From NCBI GenBank assembly GCA_015064785.1, contig SVRM01000003.1:3336-67335 (forward strand): DNA of 64,000 nucleotides, written 5' to 3'. How positions within the stretch are numbered: the first letter of the stretch is position 1; each line of letters opens with the position of its first letter. The notes under the pieces are model-generated. The model made no database searches. It had not been told where the DNA came from and saw only the letters and a list, made by a program, of their open reading frames with translations. Source of the DNA: Oscillospiraceae bacterium. Lineage in GTDB: Bacteria > Bacillota > Clostridia > Oscillospirales > CAG-272. The translations under genes and the position numbers were made by a program. This document shows positions 59,815-64,000 of this stretch, piece after piece.

Positions 59815-59829
59815 CCTTTTCAACAAAAT

Positions 59830-60003
59830 TTGCCCTTCGGGCAAGTGAAATCGCTTCGCTGTGAAATATTTGCTCCGCAAATGTGCAATATTCGCTGACG
59901 CGAATGTGGGCAAATTTCAGTTCATATGGTGACCGGCGGGAGCCATATTTCACAATGTGCGTAAGCACATTATTTCACATTCGGAGCAAGCCGAATATTT
60001 CAC
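59830..60003. repeat. GTGAAAT/ATTTCAC plus variable-hairpin array (REP/BIME-like)
   Basis: GTGAAAT at 59845 and 59861, GTGCAAT at 59883; ATTTCAC at 59947, 59972, 59997; each separated by a distinct hairpin. Confidence 0.8.
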
Positions 60004-60177
60004 GAAATCTTTCAGGTCAAATGTTTTCGAAATTTTGCAGATGCATTTGGGGTTTGCAGACAGATTTGAACCTGCGAAAAAATTTTTTCAATCGTCATGT
60101 ACATCCACTCTCTCTATGGTATATGGACAAAGAAATAATAGTATGGTAGAATAATACCACAACAGAGGAGGTGCGAT

Positions 60178-60981
60178 ATGATTTATCAAACAATCGGCAA
60201 AAACATAAAACAACTCAGACAAGAACGAGGAATGACGCAAAGCGAACTCGCCGACCGTTTATTTGTTTCACCGCAAATGGTTTCTCGATATGAAAACAAC
60301 AGTGCGGCTCCCGATGTTGCTATGCTTGCCAAAATAAGCTCCATCTTTCAGGTTTCGCTTGATGTTCTTTGCGGTCTTGATAACACTTCAAAAGATCGCT
60401 GTATTAACTACCTTATAGAAAAATACGCTGATAAAACATACGATTCTTTTGCGGTTCTCAATGAAAAGTACGAAAACTTTTTAAGGGAAGCAAGTGACGT
60501 ATTGTACGATGATAGAGTAATGAAAATCCAACTTTTGCTTCTCATAAATTTACATGACAATATTGAGAACAACAAACATCATCGTGAAATCAACGAGAAA
60601 ATATTCGAATGTACCTCCCGTATTTTAGACATTTCACGTGACGACGAACTACGCAGTTTTGCCAATTACAGGATGGCATTGTACTATTGGGAAACTCCGT
60701 TTGATTCAGCAGATTATCAAAAGAATCTGACTTTGTCAAAGGATTACCTGCGAAAAGTATTGCTCTGTACTTATTTTCCCGAATATCTGCCCTCAATCGG
60801 TACGGATATACATTCCAATGAATATATTGACGCACAAATCAATCACATCGAATTTTTTGCAGGAAGATTGCACAACGCAATAAAACAACTGCGCAGATCG
60901 AATTCTGTTCCGGAATTGGACATAAAGTATGAAGAATTATTTTCCTGTTTAACAGCGATGTTAAACAAGCATAATACATAG
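60178..60981 (+). CDS. XRE-family HTH regulator, AT-rich (probably acquired)
   Basis: TQSELADRLFVSPQMVSRYENN HTH; GAGGAGG RBS; visibly lower GC. Confidence 0.85.
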   Translation: MIYQTIGKNIKQLRQERGMTQSELADRLFVSPQMVSRYENNSAAPDVAMLAKISSIFQVSLDVLCGLDNTSKDRCINYLIEKYADKTYDSFAVLNEKYENFLREASDVLYDDRVMKIQLLLLINLHDNIENNKHHREINEKIFECTSRILDISRDDELRSFANYRMALYYWETPFDSADYQKNLTLSKDYLRKVLLCTYFPEYLPSIGTDIHSNEYIDAQINHIEFFAGRLHNAIKQLRRSNSVPELDIKYEELFSCLTAMLNKHNT

Positions 60982-61017
60982 GATTCGTTTACAAGCATGG
61001 CGTTATATCACTCCCCA

Positions 61018-61413
61018 TCACGGTTCCACACGTTCCCAGTCGGAGGATGCATCCTCGCGGCGCAGAACCAGATTGTAGCCGTCTTCATGGCCATTTTCAC
61101 AGTAGAAATAAATCTCGCGGCAGTCCGCAGGTGTTGACAGCTCAAAGCTGTCGCGTGCGCCGAGTGTTCCGTTATGTCCACCGAACGCAGAATAGAATTT
61201 GACATACAGTCCATCCCCCTCCTGCTTTTCGCTTGCAGAACGGACATAGCCCATCGAGCTCGCCACACCGACCTCCACGGTCACAGCCTCACCGTTTCCG
61301 CTTTCCCGGAAGCTGCCGAGAAAAACATCCTCCCGTGCATCAAACCCGGAGCCGACAACAATCACCAGCGCAATTACAATCAGCACCGCCAGAACCGTAT
61401 GATATTTCATCAT
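61018..61413 (-). CDS. hypothetical exported protein
   Basis: N-terminal hydrophobic anchor; SSMGYVR...LYVKFYSAFGG pattern. Confidence 0.6.
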   Translation of the reverse strand: MMKYHTVLAVLIVIALVIVVGSGFDAREDVFLGSFRESGNGEAVTVEVGVASSMGYVRSASEKQEGDGLYVKFYSAFGGHNGTLGARDSFELSTPADCREIYFYCENGHEDGYNLVLRREDASSDWERVEP

Positions 61414-61646
61414 GCATACACCCCGCTTTCCTGATATCAGTATGAACAAAATCCATGTCACTTATTCAAGGCATGTCCGTCATCTCTGATTTCAGTATAA
61501 ACAAATCCGATGAACAAGTCAACAAAATCCCTCAAAATTCACATTTTCATAAAAGTAAAGTTGCATTGTTCACAGAAATTCGCAAATCCGGTCAAAGAAT
61601 TCCGAATTTTCAGAGCCGGATATCACACAGAATTCCGAATTACCAC

Positions 61647-61675
61647 TTGACAAACATTGCCGATTGCGGTATAAT
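61647..61675 (+). promoter_or_regulatory. sigma-A promoter of tRNA-Val
   Basis: TTGACA-N17-TATAAT. Confidence 0.8.
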
Positions 61676-61695
61676 AATACCGCAATCAAAGATTC

Positions 61696-61772
61696 GGAAG
61701 TGTAGCTCAGTTGGTCAGAGCGCACGGTTCACATCCGTGAGGTCAAGGGTTCGAGCCCCTTCATTTCCACCA
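61696..61772 (+). tRNA. tRNA-Val(CAC)
   Basis: acceptor GGAAGTG/CATTTCC, anticodon arm CACGG-ttCACat-CCGTG, GGTTCGAGCC T-arm, encoded CCA. Confidence 0.95.
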
Positions 61773-61908
61773 AAGGACGGCACGCATCACGCGTGCTGTT
61801 TTTTTGCTCCGACAGATTCTTTCCGCGCGAACGGAAAAATACTTGACATTTTACGCCGTATATGATATACTGCAACCAGAAACCAACAAGAAAGCGAGGC
61901 TCTGTTCC

Positions 61909-62826
61909 ATGCAATTATCCTGTCTCTGCGGTGTCTGTTCCACCGACTTTGAGTCCGCCGCACACGCGCCGTATTCCGCGGCTGTCCTGTTTGAAAAGAT
62001 GAAGGCACGCGGATTTGCAGCCGTACAGTTTGCGTTTTCTTCCATTGCGGAATCGGCATTCACACCGACCGGACAGATTGAGATTCCGGCGGAGATTCCC
62101 GATGCCGCCATCCGTGCGGTACAGGAAAACGCACGGAACTACGGTATTCCGGTGAAGGTCATCAACGGTACCTTCAACATGGCACACCCGGACAAAGATA
62201 TCAGGGAGGAAGGCATCCGCCGCTTCCATGTGCTGTGCCGCGCGTCCAAACAGCTTGGGGCTGCATACATTTCGCTTTGTTCCGGCACCCGCAACCCGGA
62301 CAATCTGTGGGCACCGCATCCGGACAATGATACCGATGCAGCGTGGGAGGACATGCTCGACGCCGTTTCCAACTGTACCAGAATCGCCGAGCAGTATGGC
62401 ATCGTACTTGCCGTCGAATCGGAGGCATCCAACATCATCTCCACACCGGAACGCGCACGGCGGCTGATGGACACCATCGGCTCCCCGAACCTCAAAATGA
62501 TCCTCGACTGCGCAAATCTGTTCCACGCAGGAACGGCGCATCCCAAAAATGTCCGCGCGACCCTCGACCACGCCTTTGCGCTGTACGGACAGGATATCGT
62601 CCTTGCGCACGGCAAAGATATCTGCGAGGGCGACGGCATTGCCTTCTGCGGTACGGGACGCGGCATCATCGATTTTGCATATACTGCAAAGCTGCTTGCC
62701 GATTACGGCTTTTTGGGTGACATGTTCTTACACGGCATCTACGACGAAGATGATATGGTCCGCGCGCGGGAGCATTGGCAGACTGCCGTCGTCATCGGAA
62801 CCGATTCCACCGACAATTTATCATGA
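61909..62826 (+). CDS. sugar phosphate isomerase/epimerase
   Basis: FNMAHPD, LCSGTR, AVESE, LDCANL, AHGKD. Confidence 0.8.
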   Translation: MQLSCLCGVCSTDFESAAHAPYSAAVLFEKMKARGFAAVQFAFSSIAESAFTPTGQIEIPAEIPDAAIRAVQENARNYGIPVKVINGTFNMAHPDKDIREEGIRRFHVLCRASKQLGAAYISLCSGTRNPDNLWAPHPDNDTDAAWEDMLDAVSNCTRIAEQYGIVLAVESEASNIISTPERARRLMDTIGSPNLKMILDCANLFHAGTAHPKNVRATLDHAFALYGQDIVLAHGKDICEGDGIAFCGTGRGIIDFAYTAKLLADYGFLGDMFLHGIYDEDDMVRAREHWQTAVVIGTDSTDNLS

Positions 62827-62840
62827 TAGGAGACACTTCA

Positions 62841-64000
62841 ATGAAACCAAACGACACCCTTTTCACCTCCGGCAAATACTTTACCGGCTGCAACTATTGG
62901 GCATCGCACGCAGGTACGAATATGTGGATCGACTGGCGTCCCGACGTGGTCGACGAGGATATGGCAAGACTTGCGGAGCACAACGTCCGCGTTATGCGTA
63001 TGTTCCCGAACTGGCGCGACTTCCAGCCGCTCCGCATCCACTACGGCGGCGGCTCGCATGAGCGCGAAATCCGTCTTCGTGAAGACCCGCTGCCGTTTAC
63101 CGAAGCAGGACGCGCCGGTGTCGATATCGTCATGGCAGATAGGTTTGCCCAGTTCTGTGATCTGGCAGAGAAACACGGCATCAAGCTGATCGTCGGACTT
63201 GTCACCGGCTGGATGAGCGGTCGTATGCATATGCCGGAAGCATTCCAGGGAAAAGGACTGCTCACCGACCCGCTCGTCATCCGCTGGCAGATCCGGTTCG
63301 TGCGCTATATGGTGCGCCGCTTCAAGGATCATCCCGCGATTGCCGCATGGGACCTTGGCAACGAGTGCAACTGTATGCAGGGTATCTCCCACGATGCAGC
63401 TTACCTGTGGGCATCGACGATCACCAATACCATCCGCGCCGAGGACAAAGAACATCCCGTCGTGTCGGGTATGCACGGACTTTCCCCGACTGCCACATGG
63501 TCGCCGGAGGATCAGGGCGAAATCCTCGACATCCTCTGCACGCATCCCTATCCCGTTTTCACGCCGCACTGCGGTACCGACCCCTTGAACGAAATGAAGT
63601 CGATTCTGCATTCCACCGCGGAATCGGTGCTGTATGCATCCCTCGGCGGCAAGCCGTGCTTCATTGAAGAAGCCGGAACACTCGGTCCGATGATCGCCGA
63701 TGAGGACATTGCGGCAGACTACATCCGCGCGTGCCTGTTCTCAACGTGGGCACACGACCTGCGCGGCTTTGTCTGGTGGTGCGCAAACGAGCAGGAGCTG
63801 CTGACCCACACGCCGTATGACTGGGATGCGGTCGAACGCGAGCTGGGGCTGTTCCACACCGACGGTTCTCCCAAGCCCGTTGTCGGCGCAATGAAGGAAT
63901 TTGCTGACTTTGCGGACAGCTTCTCGGCAGGTGTTACAGGTGCTGACGGCGAGGCGGGCAACACGCTCCCGACGTATTTACAGGATGCCGTCTGTATTCT
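62841..64000 (+). CDS. clan-A glycoside hydrolase (GH5/GH42-like), runs off window end
   Basis: open frame from ATG 62841: GCNYWASHAG..MW, WDLGNECN acid/base, FIEEAG nucleophile; absent from ORF track because there is no stop. Confidence 0.75.
   Translation, partial: MKPNDTLFTSGKYFTGCNYWASHAGTNMWIDWRPDVVDEDMARLAEHNVRVMRMFPNWRDFQPLRIHYGGGSHEREIRLREDPLPFTEAGRAGVDIVMADRFAQFCDLAEKHGIKLIVGLVTGWMSGRMHMPEAFQGKGLLTDPLVIRWQIRFVRYMVRRFKDHPAIAAWDLGNECNCMQGISHDAAYLWASTITNTIRAEDKEHPVVSGMHGLSPTATWSPEDQGEILDILCTHPYPVFTPHCGTDPLNEMKSILHSTAESVLYASLGGKPCFIEEAGTLGPMIADEDIAADYIRACLFSTWAHDLRGFVWWCANEQELLTHTPYDWDAVERELGLFHTDGSPKPVVGAMKEFADFADSFSAGVTGADGEAGNTLPTYLQDAVCI

Noticed and set aside
59830-60003. CRISPR array
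   Set aside because: Repeat is only 7 bp, inverts midway, spacers are self-complementary, and no cas genes are present
59589-61772. prophage or integrative element between the two tRNAs
   Set aside because: No integrase, phage or conjugation genes; the att-like repeats enclose only 150 bp

Overview
Chromosomal segment from a spore-forming, moderately GC-rich Clostridia-type firmicute, judged from dpaAB, a spoVM-like micro-ORF, a glg cluster and sporulation-sigma promoter motifs. Housekeeping and metabolic content: MarR with a heterodimeric ABC exporter, thiN, cysE-cysS, csoR-copA, glgBCDA/glgP/GH13, many carbohydrate enzymes, a non-PFL glycyl radical enzyme, tRNA-Gln(TTG) and tRNA-Val(CAC). 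No CRISPR array, transposase or integrase was seen. The most unusual features are: (1) two tandem XRE-TPR regulators sharing a near-identical 274-bp promoter+HTH cassette fused to highly divergent C-terminal domains, with a shared 12-bp operator-like motif also upstream of a third XRE gene; (2) a symmetric GTGAAAT/ATTTCAC plus variable-hairpin array and a 150-bp tRNA-3'-end-bounded mini-element after tRNA-Gln; (3) a MazF with no adjacent antitoxin, preceded by sigma-F/G-like and sigma-E-like promoters and lying upstream of spoVM; (4) a glycyl radical enzyme with no activase in the window, linked to a solute-binding protein and GH31, whose sigma-A promoter overlaps a sigma-E promoter on the other strand; (5) a leader made of short-loop palindromes. 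All calls come from reading the sequence by eye; no searches were run.
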